Sequence record: SRR20825019_1354
DNA: 61,832 bases
Reading direction: 5' to 3' (one strand)
Shown here: piece after piece, positions 49,025 to 58,807 of the stretch
How the letters are laid out: each line of letters starts with the position of its first letter
Numbering within the stretch: position 1 is the first letter of the stretch
Translations under genes and position numbers: made by a program
The notes under the pieces: model-generated
The model's input: only the letters and a program-made list of their open reading frames with translations
Databases searched by the model: none
Told to the model about the DNA's origin: nothing

Positions 49025-49107
49025 GGGAGGTTCCTGCTACTAAAGGATACAATACGGGCCCGCGGCCACACGTCATTTGGTCGCGGTTATAGCAGGTACA
49101 CCAAAAA

Positions 49108-49127
49108 AGATAAAGATTTCTTTATAT
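49108..49127. promoter_or_regulatory. SahR-type operator upstream of ahcY-metK
   Basis: Palindrome agATAAAGA-TT-TCTTTATat about 85-100 nt upstream of ahcY. Confidence 0.75.
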
Positions 49128-49143
49128 TGAAAAGAAAGTGTAT

Positions 49144-49419
49144 TTATTCGGCTTCGCCGAAACGGTTGGACACCAGGGCAGACAATGCTTCAACAGCCGC
49201 GAAAGCCTCATCCCCATCGGCGGAGATCTCGATCTCGTCGCCTTTTGCCGCCCCCAGCATCATCAGGCCCATGATTGATGTTCCAGTAACAACGACCCCG
49301 TCTTTCGCCACAGCCACATCCGCGTTATAGCGCCCAGCCTCGGTTGCAAAACGGGCAGACGCACGAGCATGCAGCCCCCTTGCGTTTACAATCCCGACCT
49401 TTTTCAACAGTTTCTCCAT
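49144..49419 (-). CDS. ptsH: HPr/NPr phosphocarrier
   Basis: GLHARAS and SIMGLMML. Confidence 0.95.
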   Translation of the reverse strand: MEKLLKKVGIVNARGLHARASARFATEAGRYNADVAVAKDGVVVTGTSIMGLMMLGAAKGDEIEISADGDEAFAAVEALSALVSNRFGEAE

Positions 49420-49452
49420 CGCAATACTCACAACAACTCACTCCCCTAACCC

Positions 49453-49851
49453 TTAGCTACCCAGAACCTGACTGGCGACATTGATATATTTCACGCCTGC
49501 TTCTTTCGCTGCCTCAACAGAATCCTGCAGCGTTGCGCCGTGCCGAACACTCGCGAGCTTGATCAGCATCGGCAGGTTAATGCCTGCAATAACCTCTACC
49601 TTGTCTTTTTCAAGAAGCGAAATCGCCAGATTTGAGGGTGTGCCGCCAAACATGTCGGTCAACAACACCACGCCGCTACCCGTGTTCACGTCTTTCACGG
49701 CTTCCATAATTTCCTGCCGGCGCTGTTCCATATCATCATCAGGCCCGATACAGATCGCCCGGATCTGTTCCTGCGCGCCCACCACATGTTCTGTTGCCGC
49801 GATAAATTCATCCGCGAGCCGTCCATGCGTTACCAACACCATGCCTATCAT
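49453..49851 (-). CDS. manX: PTS EIIA, mannose/fructose type
   Basis: VLVTHG, TDMFGGTPSN and GINLPML. Confidence 0.93.
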   Translation of the reverse strand: MIGMVLVTHGRLADEFIAATEHVVGAQEQIRAICIGPDDDMEQRRQEIMEAVKDVNTGSGVVLLTDMFGGTPSNLAISLLEKDKVEVIAGINLPMLIKLASVRHGATLQDSVEAAKEAGVKYINVASQVLGS

Positions 49852-49884
49852 ACACACGACCTCATTAAATTTGCCTGAAAGGCT

Positions 49885-50772
49885 CTAACGGCCTTCATCA
49901 CCTGCAATTTCCCGATGGTATCGATTGACCGTCATGCCGTCGAGCGTCAAATGGCCAGCGATCCTTTCCACCACCGTTACAGACCGATGTTTGCCGCCCG
50001 TGCAGCCAATTGCAAGGGTGAGATACGATTTTCCTTCATCCCGGTATCTTGGCAACAGGAAATTAAACAGGTCCATCGTCTTCTCAATAAAGGGTTCAAA
50101 CCCGTCATCTGCCCGCACATAGCTTGAAACCGCATCCTCAAGCCCGGTTTTTGGGCGCAGTTCGTCAACATAATGCGGGTTCCGCAAAAAGCGCACATCC
50201 AGCACGATATCGGCGTCACGAGGCACGCCGTTCGCAAACCCAAACGACATGAAGGTCACCACCATGTTGGGGGCTTCATGCGCCGTAAAGCGGGAGAGAA
50301 TAACCCGGCGAGTTTCCGCGCCGGTGCGACGACTTGTATCCAGAAGCCCGTCCACAAGCTGCCGGATCGGCAACATCATGTCGCGCTCCTGCTTGATAGC
50401 GGTGCGCAGAAGCTGCCCTTCACCAAGTGGGTGGACGCGGCGTGTCTCAGAAAACCGCTTCATTAACACTTCGTCAGACGCATCCATAAACAGAATATGC
50501 AGGTTTATATCGATACGTGTCCGCAGTTCCTTAATCGCGCCTTCAAAAAGGCTGGGGGAAAAATGAAGCGTGCGCGAATCGACACCAACGGCGATAGGCG
50601 CCGTACTGGTCCCCGCTGTCGCTTCATCGATCAGGGACGACAGCATGGTCAACGGCAGGTTATCAATGGCCTGAAACCCGATGTCTTCAAAGGCATGCAG
50701 CGCAGATGATTTACCCGCACCCGAAAGTCCCGTGACGATCACCACCTGCCTTTTTATCGCACATACGCTCAC
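49885..50772 (-). CDS. rapZ: RNase adapter RapZ
   Basis: GLSGAGKS, DVRFLRNP and GCTGGKHRSV. Confidence 0.95.
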   Translation of the reverse strand: MSVCAIKRQVVIVTGLSGAGKSSALHAFEDIGFQAIDNLPLTMLSSLIDEATAGTSTAPIAVGVDSRTLHFSPSLFEGAIKELRTRIDINLHILFMDASDEVLMKRFSETRRVHPLGEGQLLRTAIKQERDMMLPIRQLVDGLLDTSRRTGAETRRVILSRFTAHEAPNMVVTFMSFGFANGVPRDADIVLDVRFLRNPHYVDELRPKTGLEDAVSSYVRADDGFEPFIEKTMDLFNFLLPRYRDEGKSYLTLAIGCTGGKHRSVTVVERIAGHLTLDGMTVNRYHREIAGDEGR

Positions 50773-51230
50773 TTGCGTTCCCTCCTTTCATCTGCGGGCC
50801 TGTCGTCACCCACCTGATCGGGATATTTGAGAGCAAGCTCGATCTTCACCGGTGTTGCAATATCAAAAGCATGCAAACTGATACGCGGCACCTGAACCCC
50901 CGCGACGGCAATCATTTCCTTCTCCGGCAGGCGAGGTATGTCGTCATGCGGGACAAGGTCCACCACAAGTTTCACGAGGCTGAACTTGGCAGCAGGGATT
51001 GAGACAATGCCGAGCCCGCGCACCTCAACAAGGCCATATATCCGGTCAGGTGCGGTTGCCACCAAACCACGGCTACCCTGCCTGAGGAGAACCTGATCAT
51101 CTGCAATAAGAACAGCGCCCCGGTCTATAAGGCGAAGCGCAAGGTCTGACTTGCCACTGCCTGAAGGGCCACGCAGCAGTACACCTGCGCCCGCCACATC
51201 TACCACCGTTCCATGGATTGGATCACTCAT
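50769..51230 (-). CDS. hprK: Short alphaproteobacterial HPr kinase/phosphorylase
   Basis: GPSGSGKSDLAL, LIADD and EVRGLGI. Confidence 0.93.
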   Translation of the reverse strand: MSDPIHGTVVDVAGAGVLLRGPSGSGKSDLALRLIDRGAVLIADDQVLLRQGSRGLVATAPDRIYGLVEVRGLGIVSIPAAKFSLVKLVVDLVPHDDIPRLPEKEMIAVAGVQVPRISLHAFDIATPVKIELALKYPDQVGDDRPADERRERK

Positions 51231-51287
51231 GCCCCAACGTGTCCCGTCTCGATTTCATAGGTTGGCGACCAAAGCGGCACCCAAACC

Positions 51288-52931
51288 TTACCGCGCGAGG
51301 GGCAACTCTACGACAAAGCGCGCGCCAGAAACAGACCCGTCTTCCGCAATTTTATTTTCCGCATGAATGCGTCCACCATGCGCCTCAACCACTTGCCGCG
51401 AGATCGCAAGTCCAAGGCCAGAATGGGAGCCAAAGGCTTCTGCGTCGGGCCGCTCGGAATAGAACCGGCTGAAGATTTTCTCTTCCGCGCCATCAGGCAT
51501 GCCTGGTCCTTCATCCTCAACTGTTACCTTCAGCTGTTTGCCGCCAAGGCTGATATCAACCTTCACCGTGCCGCCGTCAGGGCTGAAGCTGATCGCATTA
51601 TCAATCAGGTTACGCCATACTTGGCCGAGCCGCCCCTCGATGCCGCTAACAACAAAAACACCGGCTTCATAATCACCAATTGTCACCTCGACACCCGCCG
51701 GACAATTGGTGGTCATATAGGCTTCCACCAGCATGTTGAGCATGATGGCAAGGTCGAGCGTTTCCATCTCACCTCGGGTCAGCTCCGCGTCCAAACGGGA
51801 CGCATCTGAAATATCAGTGATCAACCGGTCAATACGTTTCACATCGTCGCGCAGCACATCAAACAACCGCGCCTGAATTTCCGGCTTGTGCGAGCGCTCA
51901 AGCGTCTCAAGCGCACTGCGCATGGAGGACAAAGGATTCTTTATCTCATGCGCCACATCGGCGGCGAACTGCTCCACAGCATCGATCTGGTTATAAAGCG
52001 CGCGCGTCATATCGGAGAGCGAGCGGGAAAGATCACCAATCTCGTCCATGCGCTCCGCAAATTCGGGGATATTCTCTTCCCGCCCGATGGCGCTTTTCAC
52101 CCGCTCGGCCGCACGGGCCAGAATGCGAATGGGCCGCACCAGCGTACGCCCAAGGAAAAATGACAGCAGGATCGTAACCAACAGCGCACCGGTGAAAACC
52201 TTCACGGTCAGCATCTGCTCGGACCGCACGATCCGGTCGATATCTTCCGTCTGGGCGGTCAAGAGCAGTACACCGAGCACACGACGAAAGCGCTGGATGG
52301 GGACGGCGATATTGATTACGAGCCTATCATTGGCCAATAGGCGAAGCTGGGTCATCGGCTCGCCTTCCAGGGCGGCCTGAACCTCTGTGAAGTCAGCGCC
52401 GCGCATGCCGGGGCGGTCGACACTCGGCGGTGCACTGGGGCGCGGCGACAAGCCATCCAGAAGCCGGTGCAAACCGTCTTCTATCTGGTCAGCAAAGCTT
52501 GGTTTCAGCTCAAGAGCCGGTAATTCTTCTGCCACGAGACGCTTGTCGCCCGCGAGGAAACGGCTGTCCGCGATCAGGCGGCCATCTGTCGCGAATATGC
52601 GAGCGCGATTGTCGGTTGGACCCACGAGACGGGTGATGATCTGCCGTGCGGGTGCGAGGTCAATTTCCGTTGCCTCCGGTCCGCCCGCCGCCGATTCACC
52701 CAAAGCACCTGCAATAATCTCTGCCTGCACGATAAGGGCCGACATGCGGTCGTCGATCAAATTCTGGCGAAACTGGTTGAGGTAAAGCACGCCACCCACA
52801 AGGATAAGGAGCGCCATGGCGTTGACCACCATGATACGCACCATAAGGGGAGACAAGCCGCGCGTATAGTGGCGTGGCTGGCTGTTGCGGCCGCTCCCTG
52901 CTGTCTCTCGTGAACTGGGGTGTCTTCTCAA
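51288..52931 (-). CDS. chvG: Sensor histidine kinase ChvG/ExoS
   Basis: LYLNQFR, FAADVAHEIKNPL and RFYSERP..FG.HSGLGL; start uncertain. Confidence 0.93.
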   Translation of the reverse strand: MRRHPSSRETAGSGRNSQPRHYTRGLSPLMVRIMVVNAMALLILVGGVLYLNQFRQNLIDDRMSALIVQAEIIAGALGESAAGGPEATEIDLAPARQIITRLVGPTDNRARIFATDGRLIADSRFLAGDKRLVAEELPALELKPSFADQIEDGLHRLLDGLSPRPSAPPSVDRPGMRGADFTEVQAALEGEPMTQLRLLANDRLVINIAVPIQRFRRVLGVLLLTAQTEDIDRIVRSEQMLTVKVFTGALLVTILLSFFLGRTLVRPIRILARAAERVKSAIGREENIPEFAERMDEIGDLSRSLSDMTRALYNQIDAVEQFAADVAHEIKNPLSSMRSALETLERSHKPEIQARLFDVLRDDVKRIDRLITDISDASRLDAELTRGEMETLDLAIMLNMLVEAYMTTNCPAGVEVTIGDYEAGVFVVSGIEGRLGQVWRNLIDNAISFSPDGGTVKVDISLGGKQLKVTVEDEGPGMPDGAEEKIFSRFYSERPDAEAFGSHSGLGLAISRQVVEAHGGRIHAENKIAEDGSVSGARFVVELPLAR

Positions 52932-52955
52932 AGGTCTGACTTTCGTTACCGGCCG

Positions 52956-53663
52956 TTAGGCGTCGCGGTAACGATAGCCAACCCCGTAGAGCGTTTCAAT
53001 CGCGTCAAAATCATCGGCAACAGCGCGGAACTTTTTCCGCAGACGTTTAATGTGGCTGTCGATCGTGCGGTCGTCCACATAAACATCATCTGAATAGGCC
53101 GTGTCCATCAGCTGATCCCGGCTTTTCACATGGCCAGGGTGCATGGCAAGCGCCTGTAGGATCAGGAACTCAGTCACTGTCAGCGTGACATCAAGGCCTT
53201 TCCAGGTTACGCGGTGCCGAAGCGGATCCAGCACCAGATTGCCACGGGCCATGATTTCATCGCCCTCTACCATGGTTTCACCCGGCTGGGTTTTGATCAT
53301 TTCCATACGACGCAGCAGCGCGCGGATGCGCTCAATCAACAGTCGCTGTGAAAATGGTTTGCCTATATAATCATCCGCCCCCATGCGAAGGCCCAGCACC
53401 TGATCAATCTCCTCATCTTTGGAGGTCAGGAAAATCACCGGCATATCCGTCACCTCGCGCAATTTACGCAGAAGCTCCATGCCATCAAGGCGCGGCATCT
53501 TGATATCCAGAACCGCAAGGTCTGCCGGATTCTTGGACAGAGCATCCCACGCCTTCTGGCCATCTGGGTACGTGCGCACACGAAACCCTTCTGCCTCCAG
53601 TGCAATCGTCACGGAGGTCAGGATATTACGGTCATCGTCGACGAGCGCAATTTGTGCGGTCAT
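52956..53663 (-). CDS. chvI: Response regulator ChvI
   Basis: [14 protein letters not shown] and [16 protein letters not shown]. Confidence 0.96.
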   Translation of the reverse strand: MTAQIALVDDDRNILTSVTIALEAEGFRVRTYPDGQKAWDALSKNPADLAVLDIKMPRLDGMELLRKLREVTDMPVIFLTSKDEEIDQVLGLRMGADDYIGKPFSQRLLIERIRALLRRMEMIKTQPGETMVEGDEIMARGNLVLDPLRHRVTWKGLDVTLTVTEFLILQALAMHPGHVKSRDQLMDTAYSDDVYVDDRTIDSHIKRLRKKFRAVADDFDAIETLYGVGYRYRDA

Positions 53664-53840
53664 AATGTTTCCCTCTTCATGTACCGGCCACCCAGGCCCA
53701 ATCCTTATCCGGAAGAATATAAAAATTATATTATGTCTTCACCCGAATCCGGATCAAGGTAAACAGCTACGTAGCATTTAAGACCAAATCAAGGCGGCCA
53801 AATGGCGCTGATAAGTCAGTCTATTTTACCTTTTTAAAAT

Positions 53841-53854
53841 TGACAGCGCTATCA
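53841..53854. promoter_or_regulatory. LacI-family-type operator in the chvI/pckA intergenic region
   Basis: TGACAGCGCTATCA palindrome with a central AGCGCT. Confidence 0.55.
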
Positions 53855-54040
53855 TTTCATGTGGGGGCAGAATCAAGTTGATTTCCCCACCCAATTCCGC
53901 AAGTTTAGCCGCCTGTCTTGCGCTAGCGCGAGGCCAAAATAAGCCAGGGCAACACAAAAAACATGCCCGGCAATACGTGTTTTGCGCAGCCATAAAGTGC
54001 GGTGCAAAACGGCCCCAATAATCACTTGGAGGACAAGACG

Positions 54041-55645
54041 TTGCAAGTCTTTGGCGCCCGTCTGAGCAATGTCGGTCTTGATGCACAAGGTATCACCGGC
54101 ACTGGCAATCAATACTGGAACCTGGGTACATCCCAACTTTATGAAGAAGCAATTCGCCGCGGTGAAGGCAAACTGGCCAAGGATGGCCCGCTCGTTGTTA
54201 AAACCGGCAAACACACCGGCCGGTCAGCGAATGACAAGTTTACCGTTCGCGACGATATGACCGAAAACACCATCTGGTGGGGCGACACCAACCGCCCAAT
54301 GACCCCCGAACAGTTCGAGACTCTGCACCAAGCGTTCCTTGCCCATATGAAAGGCAAGGATCTTTTTGTTCAGGACCTATGGGGTGGTTCCGACCCTGAG
54401 CACCGCGTTGCGGTACGTACGCTTGGCGAATATGCTTGGCACAGCCTTTTCTGCCGCACCATGCTTGTGCGCCCAACCGATGAAGAACTGCCATCCATGG
54501 CACCTCAGTTCACCATCATCAACCTGCCGAGCTTCAAAGCCGACCCAGCCACCATGGGTTGCCGCTCAGAGACAGTGATTGCGGTGAACTTTTCCAAAGG
54601 TCTGGTGCTGATCGGTGGTACGGAATATGCGGGTGAGAATAAAAAATCTGTTTTCTCCATCCTCAATTACCTGTTGCCTGAAAAAGGCATCATGCCGATG
54701 CATTGCTCTGCCAACATTGGTGATGACGGTGACGTTGCCATCTTCTTCGGTCTTTCCGGCACCGGCAAAACCACGCTTTCTGCTGACAGCACACGCACGC
54801 TGATCGGTGATGATGAGCACGGCTGGTCCGACGACAGCGTGTTCAACTTTGAAGGTGGGTGTTACGCCAAGCTGATCCGGCTTTCGCCAGAGGCTGAACC
54901 AGAGATATATGCCACCACCAAACGTTTCGGCACCATTGTTGAAAACGTGGTGATGGATGAGGAAACCCGTACGCTTGATCTGGATGATAATACACTGGCG
55001 GAAAATACCCGCGCGGCCTACCCGATTAACTTCATCCCGAACACCTCGAAAGAGAACCGCGGCGGCAAACCAAAAAACATCATCATGCTGACAGCTGATG
55101 CGTTTGGCGTATTGCCTCCTATCGCGCGCCTCACGCCTGAGCAGGCCATGTATCACTTCCTTTCAGGTTACACCGCAAAGGTTGCTGGCACAGAGATTGG
55201 CGTGAAGGAACCACAGGCCACATTCTCAACCTGTTTTGGTGCACCATTCATGCCGCGCCACCCCAGCGTTTATGGCGACCTTCTGCGCAAGAAAATCGCG
55301 GAAGGCAGCGTGAATTGCTGGCTTGTGAACACGGGCTGGACCGGGGGCGTTTACGGCGTTGGTCACCGCATGCCAATCAAGGCAACACGCGCACTTCTGC
55401 ACGCAGCACTGGACGGCAGCCTGAACGCGAGCCCAATGCGCATTGATCCGAACTTCGGCTTTGAAGTGCCAGAGGAGGTCGCAGGCGTCGACAGCCTGAT
55501 CCTGAACCCGCGCGAGACATGGGCCGATAAAGCAGCCTATGACGCCAAGGCACAGTATCTGGTGGGCCTGTTCATCAAGAATTTTGAGACCTTCGCATCT
55601 CACGTGGACGCAAGCGTGATTGCTGCAGCACCAACTGCTGCGTAA
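54041..55645 (+). CDS. pckA: Phosphoenolpyruvate carboxykinase (ATP)
   Basis: [19 protein letters not shown] and [12 protein letters not shown] start after GGAGGA. Confidence 0.98.
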   Translation: MQVFGARLSNVGLDAQGITGTGNQYWNLGTSQLYEEAIRRGEGKLAKDGPLVVKTGKHTGRSANDKFTVRDDMTENTIWWGDTNRPMTPEQFETLHQAFLAHMKGKDLFVQDLWGGSDPEHRVAVRTLGEYAWHSLFCRTMLVRPTDEELPSMAPQFTIINLPSFKADPATMGCRSETVIAVNFSKGLVLIGGTEYAGENKKSVFSILNYLLPEKGIMPMHCSANIGDDGDVAIFFGLSGTGKTTLSADSTRTLIGDDEHGWSDDSVFNFEGGCYAKLIRLSPEAEPEIYATTKRFGTIVENVVMDEETRTLDLDDNTLAENTRAAYPINFIPNTSKENRGGKPKNIIMLTADAFGVLPPIARLTPEQAMYHFLSGYTAKVAGTEIGVKEPQATFSTCFGAPFMPRHPSVYGDLLRKKIAEGSVNCWLVNTGWTGGVYGVGHRMPIKATRALLHAALDGSLNASPMRIDPNFGFEVPEEVAGVDSLILNPRETWADKAAYDAKAQYLVGLFIKNFETFASHVDASVIAAAPTAA

Positions 55646-55670
55646 GCGAACTCGACATATCAAAACCTGA

Positions 55671-55702
55671 AAACGCGGGGCTTTGGCTCCGCGTTTTTTT
55701 TG
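55671..55702 (+). terminator. Rho-independent terminator
   Basis: AAACGCGGGGC-TTTG-GCTCCGCGTTTTTTTT. Confidence 0.9.
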
Positions 55703-55755
55703 TTGTGGCGATAATTTCCAGTTTATATCATTGAATAAATGGTTCGGGGGAACAT

Positions 55756-56472
55756 ATGCGGCAGTTAATTTTCTCATTTGTTATTTTCATTGTATGCGCA
55801 TCACATCTATTTGCAGATGAACACAACGCAGAAATTCTGTTCCAGAAATTGCAACCACTCGCCGACAGCAATAATCCAGAAGCGCAATACCATTTAGGCA
55901 TGATGTATAATAACGGCCTAGGTACGGACGCTGACTATGAAAAAGCCATGACGCTTTTTCGCGAATCTGCAGCGCTAGGAGATCCGCTGGGCGCCTATAA
56001 ACTTGGCTGCTATTATGATGGACAGTATCAGACCTCTCTTGCTGTCGACCGGGAAAAAGCTTTTCAGTCTAAACTATACGCCGCGACCAAGGGATATGCC
56101 CTCGCCCAAAATGATGTTGCAATCTATTACGCTGAAGACGGAGACTGGAAAAACGCCTTTCGCTGGTGGAAGGCTGCCGCCGACCAAGGGTTTTCCAGCT
56201 CATTGAAAAATATTGGTGCCGCCTATTGGTCAGGCTATGGAACCGAAACTAACAAGCCTGCTGGGTATGCTTATTTCCTGCTATGGCAGCGGGCCAAGGG
56301 CAAGAAATTGAGTCCCGACGCTGTGGCCAGTTTGACCGAATTGAAAGCTCAAATGACAGAATCACAGTTCGCCGAGGCCAATGCAATTGCCCTCGATTGG
56401 CATGCTGTGCCTACCGAGCTTACTTTAAAGGCCCGACAAGGGCTGAACGCTGCAGCAGCCATGATCCAATAA
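55756..56472 (+). CDS. Secreted Sel1-repeat protein
   Basis: Signal peptide and about 4 Sel1 repeats (AQYHLGMMYNNGLGT, WWKAAADQG). Confidence 0.88.
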   Translation: MRQLIFSFVIFIVCASHLFADEHNAEILFQKLQPLADSNNPEAQYHLGMMYNNGLGTDADYEKAMTLFRESAALGDPLGAYKLGCYYDGQYQTSLAVDREKAFQSKLYAATKGYALAQNDVAIYYAEDGDWKNAFRWWKAAADQGFSSSLKNIGAAYWSGYGTETNKPAGYAYFLLWQRAKGKKLSPDAVASLTELKAQMTESQFAEANAIALDWHAVPTELTLKARQGLNAAAAMIQ

Positions 56473-56534
56473 CAATCCAAGCTTTCATGCCGAAATCCGG
56501 TTGGTGGCAGGGTGAAAGCTACCGGACGCCTATT

Positions 56535-58613
56535 TTATCGCGCTGCTACCTGATCGAATCTTTTTATCACACGCTCTGGCGGGAAAGCGATTGTCACATG
56601 CGTGCCTTCACCCAACTCGCTGGATATAGTGATCTGGCCGCCATGCTGGCGCACCAGCACATCACTGAGCGGCAGCCCAATGCCGGCACCCGCATTGCGG
56701 CGGCGGCGCTCGCTATCGGCATGGCCAAACTGCGCCAATATAACCGGCAGGTTGGCTTTGGCGATGCCCAGCCCGGTATCAATGATCTCCACGGTCATGC
56801 CGCCCTCGTCAGATCGCAGCACAATACGAACACTGCCCCGGTCGACATTGAACTTGATGGCATTGGTAATGAGGTTGAGCAGAATCTGGCGTATTTTTCG
56901 TTCGTCGCCCAATAGTTCAGGCAGGCTTTTTGGGCAATCCACCCGCATGGTTACTTTATGCTGCTCCGCCAACAGCCGAAGCATACCGAGAGTTTCTTCC
57001 ACAAGGTTTTTAACATCCAGCGGTACCTCCTTCAGTTCATCCAGTCCCGTCTCAATACGGGAAAGGTCCAGAAGGTCATCAACCATCGCCAGCAGGTGGG
57101 TACCTGAGGCATGAATGTCACGCGCATAGTCTTTGTAAATACTATTGCCCAGCTTACCCAGCAGTTCCCGCGACATCATCTCCGAAAAACCAATGATCGC
57201 ATTCAGCGGTGTGCGCAGTTCATGGCTGAAGGTAGAGAGGAAATGACTTTTGGCATTTGAGGCATCTTCAGCATTTTTCACCGCCACGTCGAGCGCCAGT
57301 GCCTGGTTCTGCAGGTCACGGTTGGTATCCTGCAGGCTTGCCATCAAGGTATCACGCTCGCGCTCGGTACGGCGCGCCTGAATAACAAACGCATGCGCAT
57401 GCATCATCATCACCGCAAAGATAACAAACTGGGACCATTCCATCGACGAGGGTATAACCCCGGTTGCGGACATGATTTCATAAGCGCCATAACCCAAACC
57501 GCCCAAGGCGACCGTAACAGCTTCGCGGCGCGTTTCCGGGTTGGTGATGCTGGCATGAAACACGGCATAAACCACCATCAAAATGATCGACCCCCATACG
57601 ATCTGGATCGGTTCCCGCGTCAGGGTAATGGTTCCGGGTGGGAAGAAGGGCGCCAGAAACAGGGCAAAGAAAATCAATATCGCCATAGCCCCATAGATCA
57701 CATAATCGACCAAAAGCCGCCGGCCCGGGCGCAGCAAATGGTTGATGAAGGCGTAATAGGCGAAGGCGATAACAAAGAGCGAAAGATACTCGAAATCATA
57801 TTTCCGGGCCAAATCAAACGACGGAAAATAATCCCATATCAGATCACTAACGAAGGCCGCCCGCATGGCCGCCGCTATGGCGAGAAAAGCAAAATACCGA
57901 TGCGCGGCCGAGGAGCTTTTGCTTTCACCCAGCACCAGGGCCGCCAGCCCTACGCACAGCAGAACAATAACCAAGGCACTGGGCATGGCGGTCGCGCGGT
58001 TTTCAGCAGCAGCCAGACGCCAGCTATAGTCAAGTAGCGGCACCTCGATCATACCACCCTGTTTGTGAATGCGGTTGCTGAGCTGCATCACAAGCGTAAA
58101 TTTCCGGGTGCCATGAGGAAGCGAAATGACCGGGATGCCGGGGTTGGCGACAACCTGTTTACCCTCTTCCGTCAGGTCACCATTTTTGAACAACAGCCAA
58201 ACTCTGGGCGCATCAGCGACACTGGTGTCGACCGCATAAATCAATGATACAGACCGCAGGGTGCCCATCCTGAGAGCAAAGGCGTGCTCACTTTCCGGCA
58301 AGATGATTTCACGGCAATAGGTGGCGAAGCCGTGGCCTGAGGTGACCGTGGCGGTAAAACCCGGCCCCCAGACATCTGGCGCGCTAACCGGTTGCGCATT
58401 CTGTCCTTGTGTGCACTTCTCACCTGCCAGCCTTTCCGGCAAGACAATCTGGCTGCGGTATACGGTCCATCCGTCCTTGAGCGGCCGGGCGCCGTTAGCC
58501 TCATAAGGCCAGTTGGTGTGGGATTCAGCCTCGGTCGGTTCCTGAGCAGCAGCCGATACCCAGTGCATGGCAGCAAGGGCCAGCCAAATCAGCCGCAAGA
58601 GCACTCTCGTCAT
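56535..58613 (-). CDS. Histidine kinase with periplasmic plus 7TM (DISM-like) input and PleC/DivJ-like DHp
   Basis: Signal peptide, GFATY beta-domain, about 7 TMs, SHELRTPLNAIIGFSEMM, NAIKF and GAGIGL. Confidence 0.85.
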   Translation of the reverse strand: MTRVLLRLIWLALAAMHWVSAAAQEPTEAESHTNWPYEANGARPLKDGWTVYRSQIVLPERLAGEKCTQGQNAQPVSAPDVWGPGFTATVTSGHGFATYCREIILPESEHAFALRMGTLRSVSLIYAVDTSVADAPRVWLLFKNGDLTEEGKQVVANPGIPVISLPHGTRKFTLVMQLSNRIHKQGGMIEVPLLDYSWRLAAAENRATAMPSALVIVLLCVGLAALVLGESKSSSAAHRYFAFLAIAAAMRAAFVSDLIWDYFPSFDLARKYDFEYLSLFVIAFAYYAFINHLLRPGRRLLVDYVIYGAMAILIFFALFLAPFFPPGTITLTREPIQIVWGSIILMVVYAVFHASITNPETRREAVTVALGGLGYGAYEIMSATGVIPSSMEWSQFVIFAVMMMHAHAFVIQARRTERERDTLMASLQDTNRDLQNQALALDVAVKNAEDASNAKSHFLSTFSHELRTPLNAIIGFSEMMSRELLGKLGNSIYKDYARDIHASGTHLLAMVDDLLDLSRIETGLDELKEVPLDVKNLVEETLGMLRLLAEQHKVTMRVDCPKSLPELLGDERKIRQILLNLITNAIKFNVDRGSVRIVLRSDEGGMTVEIIDTGLGIAKANLPVILAQFGHADSERRRRNAGAGIGLPLSDVLVRQHGGQITISSELGEGTHVTIAFPPERVIKRFDQVAAR

Positions 58614-58807
58614 TGTGCGATCAGGGTCGCAACCGTGCATCAGTCACCTCGCTGGATGCCCACGGCGCGCTGACCTGAAGGTCCGCGCGCGTGCGGGTTT
58701 CATCCGCCTAAACTTTTGTCGTTCCCTTCAGCTTGCACCAGCACCGACGGTCTAGGCAAGCAGGCAATAGGGAAAAGGCAGGATTCGAGGCCGAGTTGGA
58801 GGCTGAG

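Noticed and set aside
47978-49330. 450-aa ORF antisense to ahcY/ptsH
   Set aside because: Shadow ORF produced by codon bias of a highly conserved gene; no recognisable motifs.
50769-51230. HprK seems truncated (153 aa)
   Set aside because: Alphaproteobacterial HprK normally lacks the N-terminal domain; not a pseudogene.
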